In this document: one piece after another, positions 40,770 through 55,684 of the stretch
Position numbering within the stretch: the first letter of the stretch is position 1
Layout: the number at the start of each line of letters is the position of its first letter
From: Chrysomallon squamiferum
Taxonomy: Eukaryota; Animalia; Mollusca
NCBI GenBank assembly: GCA_012295275.1
Contig: CM022671.1
Span: 24,924,001 to 24,988,000, forward strand
DNA length: 64,000 bases
Direction of reading: 5' to 3'
Notes under the pieces: model-generated
The model's database searches: none
What the model saw: the letters and a program-made list of their open reading frames with translations, nothing else
Told to the model about the DNA's origin: nothing
Position numbers and translations under genes: made by a program

Positions 40770-41867
40770 TGTAATGATGATGACGATGTGTTTAAATATG
40801 AACATCAGTTAATTTTTATTCTATTATTTATTTATTTACTTCATTATTATTTCTTTAATCGTAACTTTTATCTTGGATATTTGCGTCAAAAAAAAAAAAA
40901 AAAAAAAGGCAGTTAATATTTTTCTATTATTTGTTTATTTTATTATGCTTTATTTAATTGTAACTTTGTTGAAAAATTATGGCAATTTGATATTTGAAAA
41001 AATGACGATAACAATCGTGATATTGATTATGATGATGATCAGCATATACCAGTTAATTATTTATATATCAGGCCATCATAAAATATGGCCTTTAACAAAA
41101 TATTGTACCCAGACTCATGCAAGAAATGAGAAAATTATTCATCAAAGGTGTTATTCTTACGTTTCTTTACGATTCCTTACAGCCTGTTTTCTCCAGTCTC
41201 GAACCTCTACTTACGTACGTTTGTTAAATGCAATCTTTACTGTTCATGTCATTCAGTCAGTTGTCGTGTTCATCTCAGCTCGTTTAATTTGTATACAGAT
41301 TTAAAACAACTGCGTTTTTTTTTGTTTTTTGTTTTTTGTTTTTGCCAGCCTCTAATCACAGCAAGTAAAACAATGCATTTTTGCAGCTATTCACAGAGTT
41401 GGTCATATGATTAATTAACGAAATCACACAGCTTGACGAAAACAACGGAAGTTCACTGGCCGAGTGCTAATGGAGTTTTCGTGATGGCTGGACAAAATGG
41501 AGGCAAAAAATATATCGTTACTTTCAACTTCCAAGTGATGTATTTTAAATAAAATAGAAATAAATTAAAGGAAATTTGTAAAAAGAAAAAAAAAAAAAAA
41601 AAAAAAAAAAAAAGAAGGCGGCTAAAAATGGGTTAAAAATGAGGCGATATATATTTAGTATGCTATTTTTTATTTATTTTATGTATTATATATATATATA
41701 TATATATATATAAATATATATATATATATTTTATATCATCAAAATAATCGTCTTCAGTTTTACATCATCATCACCATCATTATAATCATCATCAACATTG
41801 TTCATGTTATTGTTAGTGGTAGATTTAGCAGCAGAAGAATGAATAATATTATAGGTTACTAACAGTG

Positions 41868-41915
<48 letters not shown>

Positions 41916-42319
41916 TAAAAAAATTAAACATTAATAATGGTAGTAGGAGTAATTAGTGGTATAATATTAGTTATCGTTGTTGCTATAACAGTAGCAGTAT
42001 TATTATTTAGTAGTTGTAGTAGTAGTAATAATAATAGTAGTTTAAGTCATAGTAGTACTGGTGGAGGTATTGCGAGTAGTTGTTTGAGAAGTAGTAGTTG
42101 TAATAGCTGTTGCAGTAGCAACCGTACCAATAATACTGATTTTAATATAAAATTATATGTTTTATATTATTATAAAATACAAAGTAATTTCTGAAGAATA
42201 GAAATAATAATAATAATTATATATATATATTAATTTGCTTCAGTCGAATTTATGAAATCTGGGTAACAAGAAATATATAAGCTGGCACAAAACATATATT
42301 AACATTTTTCTCATAGCTT

Positions 42320-42620
42320 TGCTTGATTAATAATTTTGAATTTAATTTCTGATCCACAGTATGTAATCTTGAATGTCATTTTATTAATTTTTTTACTGTT
42401 AATCATAGACCTTTTTATTCCTGGATTTTTTGTTGTCATGTAGGTTTTTTTATTTATTAAAATTAAATCCTTTCAGTTGGTTTGTTAATAAAAAAAAATT
42501 CAAAACTTTTACATTTGAAATGCTGAGTTCATTAATTTGTCGATTCGATTGATTTTTTCTTCTTCTTTTTTTTTTTCTTTTTCATTATTATCTGTAAACC
42601 ACATTACCTCATGTAATTAA
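42320..42620 (+). other. Conserved downstream non-coding element (copy after R7)
   Basis: ttttattcctggattttttgttgtcatgtaggttttttatttattaaaattaaatcctttcag. Confidence 0.65.
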
Positions 42621-42824
42621 AGCATGGGATTATGGCGTCTTTAGAAACTCATGTTTAATAACGTATTCACAGATCACAGATACAAACGTAAAGAACCAAA
42701 GTAATTTCAAGTCATTAATAAACATTTAAAAGGAAAATTTGAAAAATAATTAAAGGAAAGGAAAAAAGAATGCATGTGTAAATTTTATTTTATCGTTTAC
42801 TTCTGTGTTGTTGTTTTATTTGTA

Positions 42825-42865
<41 letters not shown>

Positions 42866-44713
42866 CTTTGTTTATATTTATCTTGTTGTTGTTGTTTTCT
42901 TTGTTATATAAAAATTCAATATAAATATTAAGTTTTATTTTTCAATATCCTTCCTATATTCATCAAATTAGTAACATTCTTTAGCGTTTTGTAAGATAAA
43001 TGCAGCATTTCGAAATTTAACTAACCAGCACATATCATATGTCACACCTTTCGTTTACTCAAAAAACCACTTTTAATTAGTGTCTGTCTGTTGAGCGATG
43101 CAGAAACATGAAGAAAGCGGTAAATGCATTGATTTCAGTATATTATTTACTACTTAAATTTATGTCTACAAGGCTTTATCTTGTTAAACACAAAAATTAG
43201 AAGTGACATCTGTCTTTTTGATACTGGAAATCCATAATAGACTCAAAATGACAAAAATTAAAAAAAAAAAAAATACCAACTAGTTATTTAAAACGTCAAT
43301 AATGCAACAGTTTATATTCAATACAATTCATTACATGTATCCAGCGTGGAAATCAAAATATTTAGTTTAACTTAATTCCAATTGAGCATTGCAACATCGA
43401 ATTATATATCATTACTGTCAACTATATCTTCCTATATGCATCGAAAAATGTTTTAAATGATGAAACTAGACAATTTATTTGATTATAACTAGAAGTTAAT
43501 ACAATCGCAGGCAGACATACAATTTCTGACAATTTGTATGGATATTATTAATAATAAATTTATTCATAATGAAGCTTAAGGAACAGGTAAAAAAATTTGA
43601 AGAGCTATTGTTCTGTAAATTCAGTATTATTTTTATTCTTTTATTCGGTGAAAATATTTATTTAAAAAACAAACAAAATCAATTAAATATCTATTTGAAT
43701 TACTAATAACAGTGCTCAGGCTTTTGTAAAAATGTGTCAATATCGCAAAACTTGCTATGAGCCGGGAGTGAGTCAGTGAAAATTAAACATGCTAATCAGA
43801 GTGAGCTGTTGTGAAGCATGTCTGCGACAGTTACGTTAACTGACAAAGCCCGGGGGAATGCGTCTGACGCAGATATGAGCATTTATAGGTAGAACATGTT
43901 ATGTATATCAAACGGACCTACAGAACAGATATATTAATTTACAGATAATATGTATGTGTATATCTTGTTGGGTCCAGGTCCGCCTATTTTTTTTTTTTTA
44001 AAAGTCAACAGATGATCGCTAGATTTCATTTCTCTTAATGCATTACGAAAGAAACAGCACAGTCTATGTTTCGATTAACCAAGAGTTTATTTCAAAACTT
44101 TAATTAGGAAAATGTTATAATCTTTTGACTAGAATTCTATTCATAATGTATGATAGTCTAGATGGCTATAATTACATATATTTTAAATAATTTTGAAAGT
44201 TTCGAAACGTTCGATTTATTATTATTATTAGTGTTGTTGTTGTTGTTGTTGTTGTTGTGCTTGTTGTTGTGTGTTAGTAGGAGTGGTGGTAGTAGTATTT
44301 CTACTAGCAATAGTAGTAGTTCTAGTGATAATTGTAATTTATTGTTTCTATTTATATATTTATATAGGTCCACCTGTATCTTTTTTAAAGTCAACAGATA
44401 ATGGCTAGATTTCATTTGTCTATTTGTATGTGTATTGTACATATGTAGGTAGCATAATCTGTTCAAAAATGGATAACTCCGACGATCTAGCTTGCTTTCG
44501 ATATGGTCAGGATCAGCTTTTAAGAAAGGTGTTTCGTTATGGACACATTTTGACACTACTGTTGCAGTCAATCACTAACTACGTGTCTCCTGATCAGAAC
44601 TGAGACAACTTAAACTAGTAATCAGTGAAATAAACGACTAACATTGTTTGCTTTGTGTTGTTATTTACGTCCACGTATCACAGTGTATGTATAAACACAG
44701 ACTGACACGTATA

Positions 44714-44747
<34 letters not shown>

Positions 44748-45300
44748 CGAGCGTTAGAGCCAGAGGGTCTTAAGTGCATTTTTTGAAAAAATGACATTTT
44801 ACTACCAAAACACGGGTTATGGCCCGGAACGTTGATAAACTTGTATAAATGGTCCTAAAATGAATTCTACGTCGCGGGACTTGTTGATGTTTACTAATTA
44901 AGATCTGCCTACGTCCCGGTACTCGTTAGTTGCCCTTTTACCTGGTTGACAGTGTGTGCAGTCAACAGATAACAACCGAATAATTCTGTACCACAATGCA
45001 GTGGTTATGTTGGTATTACAAATAAATAAAATAAAACAAAACTATAAAATGATATACAACAATACCCAAGTTTTAATGGCATCTGGTGTAAATATTCTGT
45101 CCGTATGCTGTCTGTGTGTCTGTCTCTCTGTATCTATGTTTGTCTGTTAATTTGTATGTGTTGAAACAACAAACTGTAGCATAACATTTGTATTCAAACT
45201 TCAGTAATACATTAATTGTTTCCATAATTCAGTCCCACACTTCATTTTGAACGCAAAACATGCAATAATGACGGCGACTACAACTAAAAATGAGAATGAA

Positions 45301-45339
<39 letters not shown>

Positions 45340-45419
45340 ACAAACAAAATAATAAAGAAAGAAAGAAAGAAAGAAAAGAATGAAGGAAAAATTAAGAAAG
45401 AAAGCAACCGAAGGTGATT

Positions 45420-45978
45420 TACTTTGAATAATATTTCCGTTGATTCTCGCAGAGCTTTCAGTTGAAAATATTTGCTCTTGTCCTTCAACTCGGAATCTAA
45501 CCCTCAGTACGGATTCACTCGTTTTCCAGGTTAATTTCTTGTCTTGTCTTGGGTAGACGGGTCAGGGTTTTATGGCGTTATCTGTACAGTACCGTCTTGA
45601 TGACACTGAAATGGGAAATCTCGGCTAACAAACTGTCAGGCACAGCGTCATGGTTCTTTCTCAGATTGCAGATTTCATCTCGGTAAATCTTCAAAAACTG
45701 GCGTAGTTTCCGTCTTATCCCGGTCAGTGAGTTTTGCCGTGGAATGCGTCTATCTGCTTTATGAATGGCACAGCCACGTGGTTGTGCTGCATATGTTCTG
45801 CCATCAGCAACATGTTGTCCACAGTCACGACGTAGACTATGCACTGCGAGTTAACACTTTTCCAATATGTTCTCTCTCCATTCTTTTTATTTACGCGAAA
45901 TTTTTGCTCGTTATAGTACAGATGCCTGCTGCCTCGTAGTGTGTCAATATAAGTCACTCGAATCTCTTCAGCTGCCAT
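45420..45978 (-). mobile_element. Decayed, 3'-truncated Mutator/MULE-like transposase with N-terminal FLYWCH zinc finger
   Basis: RGSRHLYYNEQKF...TYWKS...C...HNH is a FLYWCH pattern with the first Cys changed to Ser. It continues after a frameshift as FSVIKTVLYR*RHKTLTRLPKTRQEINL and IFST/LKALRESTEILF, typical of the region before the MULE DDE domain. Stops and frameshifts are present. Confidence 0.7.
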
Positions 45979-46060
45979 TGTTTTAAATCCTCAAAGACCA
46001 ATACGAGCGAAATAAAACAAACAAAGGAGAAAAAGGAGAAATAACAATAAAAGGGAAGAA

Positions 46061-46113
<53 letters not shown>

Positions 46114-47167
46114 CTGTCTGCTCAGTTGCCACCCCGAACAGTAATTTTGTTGGTAAAGAAAACACGACTCACTCTGCAACGCAGAACACATGAACCAATT
46201 AGTTCCTTCTACTTCCCAGGACATTCATAATTCGGCAAACCTGTACTACACAAAATAGGATTTTCTCCGTCCCGGAGCGACACCAGCATATGTACGTTAG
46301 TATATTCTTTCATATACCAAAGAATCAAGCTAGTAGCATAATAACCTTTTTGAGATATCAATCAGAATCACATAGTCGTAAGTGATTATGAATAGTAAGT
46401 CCCTACGTGGTCATGCCAGTAGGTTGTAAGTGAATATTTGTTAATGTCAAAACGTTGTAACTGCACTTACGATATTTTGGTTCCAGTAAAATTAGTACTT
46501 TCACATATTATGTTGTTTTGCCAGTAACTAACACACACAATTTTCTTCAAGTAACACACATACTGTTCTTCAACAAACATAGTTTTCTAGATGTAATTCA
46601 AAATACCGAAAATTACCTAATGCAACATCATCAGTTTGTAAGTTCGTAATACGAACGAAAAACATGCATACACATAAACAAACACACACACACAAAATTC
46701 ATTGCGGTTAATAATATTTGTTGTTTCATATTGCATTCTTAAAATTAATTGTTTTACAATTTATAAAGCTCTTTTGAAAGAGAAACAGAGCATTTCAAAA
46801 TAATATTAATTAGCCAAGTTGATTTCGCACATTTCGTGTAATAAAAAATAAAAAAGTTTAACTAGTTAAATAATGCTAGTATACTGGGATACGCAGAAAT
46901 TCCAATAAAATAATAAATCGATTAATTCCAAAATATTGTTTTTGACAAATCAATACAAACACTACGTAGTTGGACATTATCATTATATCCAGCGTGTGTG
47001 TGTGTGTGTGTATGTGTGTCTGTGTGTTTATGACAGTGTGCATGTGTGTGTTTTAATACCTTATTACGAGTCGATATGAGATAAAAACACAAATTCAAAC
47101 AATACTAGCCTTTTATTTCATAATTACTAATCTCTCTCTGTATGTATGTATATATACATACACATAT

Positions 47168-47237
<70 letters not shown>

Positions 47238-47545
47238 TATTGTAAACACAACAACAGCTATAGCAAAAACAAAATAATATTTGTTTCTACATTTGTATGT
47301 GTGTGTCGTTCGACATATCTACTTTCCTACTTTTTTCGTTCGCGCTTTACTTTTTATTTATTTATTTATTTTTTTTTTTTTTTTGGTTTATGAATACCGC
47401 AACGTCATTTTCACACAAGAAGGCTTAAGAAAAAAACTGAACAGCAAACGTAAAGGCGGGGCACATTAGGTTCAGAAACACAAAAGAAGAAAAAACATAT
47501 AACAGAGAAAGAAACCATTAATTTACGTATATATGTAGGTCATGT

Positions 47546-47623
47546 TGTGGATCAAAACTGTCAATATATAATAGATTTTCTACACGTGTACCCAATGAGA
47601 AACATTAGAAAGCAAGATATAAA
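47546..47623 (+). promoter_or_regulatory. R8 promoter module with a mutated TALE-like site, CCAAT and TATAAA
   Basis: tgtggatca 47546, CCAAT 47592, TATAAA 47618, GC box ggcggggc ~47455. Confidence 0.5.
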
Positions 47624-47929
47624 ATTGTAGAAGAAATTTGCGCTGTCACATTTCTCTCAGTAAATAAATACCGAGTAATATGTTGGACTGCCGGCTACGA
47701 AGACAAGATATGAGAAGACAAGATATGAGAATAAAGTTCAGTGACTTTTAGAAGATATTCCCATAAAAGGAAGGATTCCAGCGCGTTTATTTTTAAATAT
47801 CTTTATTTTCATTATTGTTTAATCTGTGCCACATTAGTCTTGTATCTGGTAAGTTTTCATTTTTGTATCCGGAAATTTTGTATTTTCATATACGAAAGGC
47901 AATTATATAACCATTCTGAAGAAGAAATA

Positions 47930-48580
47930 ATGATGTCTGTGAACGTAAAGAATAACTCTGACACTACGTCTAAAAAAATTGTTAGCGGAAAGTTCCGTTA
48001 CACTGTGTGGTAGTTCTTCCAAAATCTGCAATGAGTTCTGGAGTCATTCGACTGTTCTTGGTTAATGAAGTTGTGTAAGACATAATGCTGCAAATCAATT
48101 CAGAGATGTACTTCATTGCCAATGTCTTCAAGTGAAGGTTTGTCTTGACATCAGCTTTGATACCCGCCGTATCATCAGTTAAATGCTTCTCTGTGATGGG
48201 CTTAAGTATAGTCCTGTGTATTGCACAACCATTTGAAATATATTGTATATGACACAGTGAAGAAAGTGAATATATACATGACAGTAACCTGGTTCTGGTT
48301 TCCCTTGGTGTTGTGTTATGTTTATTTAGAAGGGACATTTTTCACGGTGAATGAACATTCAAAGAGACTCGATCCTAACTACACTTCAACGAACTGGTGG
48401 GTTGGGGCTCTTAACGTAACAAGTGCAGTTGCTGTTCCTTTGATTGTGATTACTGTATGTATGATAAAAATAACCAGACATAAAAATGCTGCAATTTTAA
48501 CTAATTCTAACGTTGAGCAACCGACTGAAAGCAAAATACATTTGGCTAATTTGAAGACAATCATTTTCATCACAACATGA
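47930..48580 (+). pseudogene. R8: 7TM receptor pseudogene, truncated at TM6
   Basis: The MMSVNVKNNS start is followed by a frameshift and a 26-bp deletion in TM1 relative to R10. In-frame TAA (gtg taa gac) and TGA (aag tga agg) occur, and homology ends after IIFI at ~48572. Confidence 0.9.
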
Positions 48581-48772
48581 TTTTCATAGCGAAGAGAGAT
48601 TTAACAACGAACTTAAACGCTTGGCATGTTAGGTTCAGAAACAAACAATATGATAAGAAAATATAAAACCCGCCAATTTATCTAATAAAAAAAAAGACCC
48701 GATCCAATAGATAGAAATGTAACTACTTACATGTGTGTAATATATATATGTATGTATGTAGGTAGGTCGGGA

Positions 48773-48849
48773 TGTCAATCAAAAATGCTCCATGTGTAAT
48801 TTTATTTTACACGTTAACCAATGAGAAGCATTAGAAACTAGAGTATAAA
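48773..48849 (+). promoter_or_regulatory. R9 promoter module: TGTCAATCA, CCAAT, TATAAA
   Basis: Motifs at 48773, 48818 and 48844. Confidence 0.6.
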
Positions 48850-49222
48850 AGATGCAAAAATCAGCGCATTCACATTTCTCACCAAATCTGTAGTGAAACG
48901 TGTTGTATTCAACTTATTAAGACAAGATTTGATTTAACTTCATACAAGTGGTGACCAAAGTATTATCTTCAAATTCATAGCAAGAAGAAAAAAGAAAGTT
49001 GTATGGATATTATGTTTTCGAATTTTTCTTAATAAGGATAATTTTCAACGTATAATCATTTTTAGAAGATATTTTCCAGAAAGGAAGAATTTTAGCATTT
49101 TATATTTCAAGTATTTTAATTTCATTATTGTTTCTCTTGTACTACATCAGCGTGAAATCAGGAAAGTTTGTATGCTCATATAAAAGACCAAGTCGTATAT
49201 TAATACTGAAGAAGAAACAACG

Positions 49223-50149
49223 ATGTCAGTGAACCTAACCAATTCCTCTGACGTTTTAGCTAAAGGATTTACTGCAGGGGGAAGTTCTGTTATACTGTTT
49301 GCCTTTTTAACGAGTGTCTTCATACTGGTAGTTCTTGTAAAATCTGCAATGTCCTCTGGAGTTATTGGTCTATTCTTGGTTAACGAAGTTGTGACAGACA
49401 TAATTTTTCAAATCAGTACAGTAATATATTTTAGCAAGTCAAAATTTCTCTTCTATTCGGCTCTGATTACTGCCTTAGCATCTGTTAAATGTTTCTCTAT
49501 GATGGGATTAAGTATAGTCCTGTGTATTGCGATTTGCCACCCATTCAAATATCTTGTACATGTTACACAGAAGAAAGTGAAGATATATATGGCAGTAATA
49601 TGGCTCTGGGTTCCCTTGGTGTTCTGTTACGTTTATTTAGAAGGAACCTTTTTCACGATGAATGAACATTCAAAGAGACTTGATCCTAACTACACTTCAA
49701 CGAACTGGTGGGTTGGGGCTCTTAACGTAACAAGTGCAGTTGCTATTCCTTTGACTGTGATTACTGTATGTATGATAAAAATAACCAGACACCAAAATGC
49801 TGCAGTTTTAACCAATTGTTACGTTAAGGGAACGACTGAAAGCAAAATTCGCCTTGTTAATTTGAACACGATGATGTTCATCGTGTACATACTAACACAA
49901 CTGACATTTCATGTCGCGTACTCCCTTCATGTCGTTGATCAAACGCTAATGATACCAATGATAGTTATCTATCTTTTCTACAACTTGATGAAACTCTGTG
50001 CTTACATACTTCTGATGCGGAATTTCAGATATACCGCGATGAAGATGTGTTGTCACGTTTGTCTGAACAAAACAAGTGCTAAATCTATCAGAGTTCCCTT
50101 CGTGAAAACCGTGCCGACTGGAAACACAAACATACAACAAACTGTGTAA
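49223..50149 (+). CDS. R9: intact intronless 7TM receptor, 308 aa
   Basis: Family motifs NEVVTD, KCF, IAICHPFKY, YLEGTF, PNYTSTNWWVG, ESKIRL, LMKLCAY...NFR. Confidence 0.92.
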   Translation: MSVNLTNSSDVLAKGFTAGGSSVILFAFLTSVFILVVLVKSAMSSGVIGLFLVNEVVTDIIFQISTVIYFSKSKFLFYSALITALASVKCFSMMGLSIVLCIAICHPFKYLVHVTQKKVKIYMAVIWLWVPLVFCYVYLEGTFFTMNEHSKRLDPNYTSTNWWVGALNVTSAVAIPLTVITVCMIKITRHQNAAVLTNCYVKGTTESKIRLVNLNTMMFIVYILTQLTFHVAYSLHVVDQTLMIPMIVIYLFYNLMKLCAYILLMRNFRYTAMKMCCHVCLNKTSAKSIRVPFVKTVPTGNTNIQQTV

Positions 50150-51272
50150 GTTAAAAAAAATAAACAAAGAAAATGATGAAGACAATTCTATTATTTGCAT
50201 AGAGCTGTGAGAAATGTCAAATAGCATTGCCAATAATGCAGTAAGGTCTGTGTATTCTGTTACATGTCATTAGAATAAAAACACTGATTTCGAATCAAAA
50301 TTAAGGTCTAATTTGATATTGTATATTTGACTTAAATAATGATGTTAATACGATAATACATGCTAAACATTCTATGACTACATTACAACTGTTAAACCTT
50401 TAGAAATTCCCAAACAAGATTTTTTTTTTTTAAGAGAGTGATAATGTATTTGGTATATTTTCATGTTTGTTACTTTTTAAGGTCTTCTTGCCTTTTATCT
50501 TTATTGCGGTTTGTTTTCAATAATGATGGTGATTATAACGATGATTATAATGATGATTTCAGTGATGATAATAACAATGACAACAATAATAATAACAACA
50601 ACAATAATAACAATAATAATAATTATAATGACGACGACGACGACGACGATGATGAAGTTATTGTTGATAATACATTTAAATATATACATCAGTTAATATT
50701 TTTCTATTATGTATTTATTTATTTCATATATCTACGAATTTAAAAGAACTGCGTTTATTGTCAGCCTCTAATCACAACTAGTAAAGCAATGCAGTTTTGC
50801 ATCTATTCAATGATTTGGTCATATGATTAATTAATAAAATTATATAACCTGACTATCGCAAATGGTGTTTTCATGATCGTTCGAAAAAATGGAGGCAAAA
50901 TATATCGTTAATTTCAACCTCCGAGTGATATATTTTAAATAAAAAATAAATAAATTAAATTTTAAAAAAGGAATTAGAAGGCGACTTAGATCTTCGCCAT
51001 TTGTTAAAAGTAAAGCGAAAGTTAGTACTTTTATTAGTTAATATTGTTTTCGTTTTTTTTCTTTTTTTTTTTTCATAACTGGTATAGTATTTATATATCA
51101 AGTTAATGCTTGCACGTTTATCATTATGAACATAATCATCTTCAGCATTAGCATCATCACCATCATCATTATTATCATCATTATAATCATCATCAACGTT
51201 GTTCATGTTATTGTTATTGTTAATGATAGATGAATAATATTATAGGCAGCAGTAACATCGACATTCTGTTTG

Positions 51273-51345
<73 letters not shown>

Positions 51346-51819
51346 CATTAATAGTGGCAGTTGTAGTAACAGTATAGTGGTAGGTAGCAGTAATTACTGG
51401 CATAATAGTTGTAGTGGTTGTTGCTGTAACAATGGTAGTATTGTTGTTGTAATAGGAGTAGCATTATTATTATTTATTAGTATTAGTAGTAGTAGTAGTT
51501 TCAGTCATGATAGTAATACAGAAATAGTAGTATTGGTGGAGATAGTACTAGTAGTTGTTATGGAACTAATAGTAGTAATAGTTGTGCTGTAGCAACAGTT
51601 TAATATATAATTATATGATTTATATGTTTATGAACTAAAAAGTAATTCTTGAAGAATAGAAATGTTTTTATATATATATTTTTTTATTTTGCTTAAGCCT
51701 AATTTATGAAATCTATGCAACAAAAAATATATGAACTGGAACGAATCACTGGCAGACAGAGGTAGATTAAAATACATAGCAGAGAAGAAGATTAAAAATA
51801 TAGATTAATAGTGCTGCTT

Positions 51820-52120
51820 GACTAATAATTTTGAATTTAATTTCAAATCGAAAGACTGTAATCCTGAAAGCCGTTATAATAATATTTTTACTGTTAATCC
51901 CAGACGTTTTTATTCCAGGATTTTTTTGTTGTCATGTAGGTCTTTTCATTTATTAAAATCAAATCCTTTCAGTTGGTTTCTTAAATAATTTTTTTTTTTC
52001 AAAACTTTTACATTTGAAATGAGCATTATATAATTTGTCGCTTCGATTGATTTTTTTCTTCTTTTTTTTTTATTTATTTTTTTATTTTCATTTTAATCTA
52101 TAATCCATAACGCATGGGAT
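51820..52120 (+). other. Conserved downstream non-coding element (copy after R9)
   Basis: cagacgtttttattccaggattttttgttgtcatgtaggtcttttcatttattaaaatcaaatcctttcag. Confidence 0.65.
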
Positions 52121-52264
52121 TGTGGCGTTTCGTGAAACACATGTTTAATAAGGCATTCACAGATCAGAGATAAAACCTGAAGAACTAAAGTAATTTAGAA
52201 AAAGAAAATTAGAAAAATGATTATGGGAAACATGTGTAAACTTTATTTTATCGTTTGTTTCTTT

Positions 52265-52445
<181 letters not shown>

Positions 52446-53518
52446 GTTTCTTTGTTTATATTTAAGTTTATTTTCAGTTACACTATGTCTGCTGAGCGAT
52501 GCAGAAACACAAATAAAACAGTAAAACTATTAATCGCAATATATTACGTACTATTTAATTTTAGGTCTTTTTTTTCACACTCAAAAAAAAAAAAAGGTTT
52601 CATCTTATCAAACACAAAATAGAAATGACATCTGACTTTTTGATATTGGAAATCTCAAACAGATACAAACTGACGCAAATCTATTATTTAAGAAGATCAA
52701 AAATGTTTGTATAATTAAAAAAATCAATAATGCAACAATTTATATTCAATCAAATTCATGACATGTCAAAAAGTATCGTTATATCCAGCGTCAAAATAAA
52801 AAAATCTTAGTTTAATTGTGTTCCCACTGAGAATAAAAAACATCGCATTATCTATCATTACTATCCAAATGTATGAATCGAAAAATGTTTTAAATGATCA
52901 AACAAAACAATTCATTTGACTGTAACTCAAAGTTAATAGAGTCGCAGACAGCCATACAGTTTCTAACAGTTTGTATGAATATCATTAATAAATTTTTAAT
53001 TCATAATGAAGCTTATAGAACAGGCAAGGAATTCAAGGAGCTATTGTAGCTGTAAATTCAGCAGTATTGCTATTCTTTTATTCTGTGAAAATATTTATTA
53101 AAGAAAGAAACAAAATCAATTAAGTCTCATAGATTCATTAATAACTGTGCTCAGTTTAGGAACATTTATGAATATCGCAAAACTTTCAGTGAGCCGTTCA
53201 CAGGTAGAACAAGTTATGTATGTAATAAGACTACAGAATAGGTATATTAATTTACATGTAAAAATTTATTTTACGTTATTTAACCTGTTAGACCATTCTA
53301 ATCATTTAAATGTTGCTTATAACTGGAGTTTATTTCAAAGATTTAATTAGGAAAGTATAATCTTTTGATTAGAATTACATTTATGACGTGTGATAGTCTC
53401 GATGACTAGAGTTACATATATTTTAAATATTTTCAGAGTTTCGATATTTTGATCAGTGTAATTTCACGTTAGTCTAATTTCAGTTACATCATAATAACTC
53501 TTTGTAACATTTTGATAT

Positions 53519-53549
<31 letters not shown>

Positions 53550-54029
53550 TTTTATAAAATTTTAAAATTTTCATTTTATTTTGCTTTTTATATTCATATT
53601 CAAATTGGTATCATCATTAATAAAAAATAATAATAATTATTATTCTTGTTGTTGTTGTTGTTGTTGTTGTTAGTAGTTGCAGTAGTAGTAGAAATGAGAA
53701 TCTCAGTAGCAGTAGTACTAGTATTAACAGTAGTTTATTAATTGTCTCTATTTATATTTGAAGGTAAGTAGATTATCAGCAGTTGTCGTTTTTTTAAAGA
53801 CAAGAAAGAAAAAGAATGGAACACATAAATTAAATTATACATTAATAATGACAAAAAAGAAAGAAAATTCCAGGCACACAGACAGAAACTCACTGATCAG
53901 CACCAAGTGATCTATTGCAGATACCTTCTAATAATCGATAATATCTCCTTTATACATTGTTATGTGTTCGTACGTTCACATGTAGGTAAGTATGTAAGTT
54001 GTTTAGGATTTTGAATATTCTCTGTACAT

Positions 54030-54196
54030 AAGTACGTCTGAACAGACTCAATATTCAGGAACGCACAGGCGCAGGAGGACAAAGTCCAATCACGATCTCA
54101 CAAACACCGTCAGATGCCACTGACGAGACTCGAACTTACGACCTCCATTCGCACGCACTCAGAAGGCGGACGATGTTACCGTCTGGCCACTGAGAC
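54030..54196 (-). mobile_element. tRNA-derived SINE head
   Basis: The minus strand reads gtctcagTGGCCAGACGGt (A box) ... aaGTTCGAGTCtcg (B box). A second copy lies at ~63830-63945. Confidence 0.65.
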
Positions 54197-54876
54197 AACC
54201 TGAAAAACGTTGCTCAATAACCGAGGGTAATCATCGCTTCCCACGAAGCACGCAGTTCTTTGTCTTTCGTCATTTTTGTGGGAAACCTGGCACGGAGAAG
54301 TATATATTTTAGGATTTGAATGTATGTCTGTATGTATCTGTGTATGTATGTATGTGTGTGCGTGTATCTGTGTATGTATGTATGTGTGTGTGTATGTATG
54401 TATGTATGTATATATGTATGTATGTGTGTTTTTTCCTGTCCACCTATTTTTGTTAATGTGTTACGAAAGAAACACATCGTTATCTGTAGATTAACCAACA
54501 GCAAGATCACGAAACGCCGTTATCTCTCTATGCGAATGTGTATTATAGATATCTAGTATAATCTGTTCAAAAACGTTAAAACTCCGGTGATATATATAGC
54601 TTGCATTCGGCATAGTCAGGATCAGATTTTTAGAAAGGTTCTTTTTTACATGGACACATTTTGACAATACTACGGCCTGACGATCATTAACTACTCGGTG
54701 TTTCCTAACCAGGACTGAGGTCGCTAAAAACTAGTAATCAATCAATGAACTAAACGGCTAGTATTATTTGCTTTGTGTTTTTATTACGTATTGTCGACGT
54801 ATAACAGTTCATATTTAAACACAGATACAGACATATACAGAAACTAATAACTTCATGTATGTATGTATGTATGTAA

Positions 54877-54936
<60 letters not shown>

Positions 54937-55598
54937 GTGTATGTATATGTATATGTGTTCGAGTGTGTGTGTGTATGTATGTACAGATGCATGTAGTATA
55001 TATGTATGTAACTATGTATCTATGTATGTATATATATGTGTGTGTGTATGTGTGTAACTGTACATGCTCTGTAGGCATGTGTATATGTATATACATACAC
55101 ATACAAACAAAAAAACACACAATGCACTGCAGTTAGTAGCATTAGTTTTTCATGTTACATTCTTAAAATTAATTGGTGTTTTTTTTCAATTTATAAAGCT
55201 CTTTAGAAATATAAACAAAGCAGTTCGAGAAATATTAATTAGCTAGGCTGATTTCATACATTCCGTGTATTCAAATTAAAAATATTTAACTAGTTAATTA
55301 GTGCTAGTGTCCTGGGAAACGCTGAAACAAGAAAACAGCAAATCCGTTAATTCCAAAATATTGTTTATTATTTATTAATCTTAGATGAATTTGTGTTACA
55401 ATCAATACAAACATAGATTAGAACAGTTTATATTCAATATCATTCCAGCTGTATTAACAAAGTAGTTGGACATTATCATTATATCCAGTGTTTGTGTGCG
55501 TGTGTGTGTGTGTGTGTGTGTTACATAAAAACACAAAGCAAAACAATACTAAACGTTTATTTCATTAATTACTGATTTTAGTGATCTCTCTCTCTCTT

Positions 55599-55684
<86 letters not shown>

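Noticed and set aside
54120-54196. tRNA gene
   Set aside because: It has A and B boxes but no convincing cloverleaf, and it carries a body shared with a second decayed copy, so it is a SINE.
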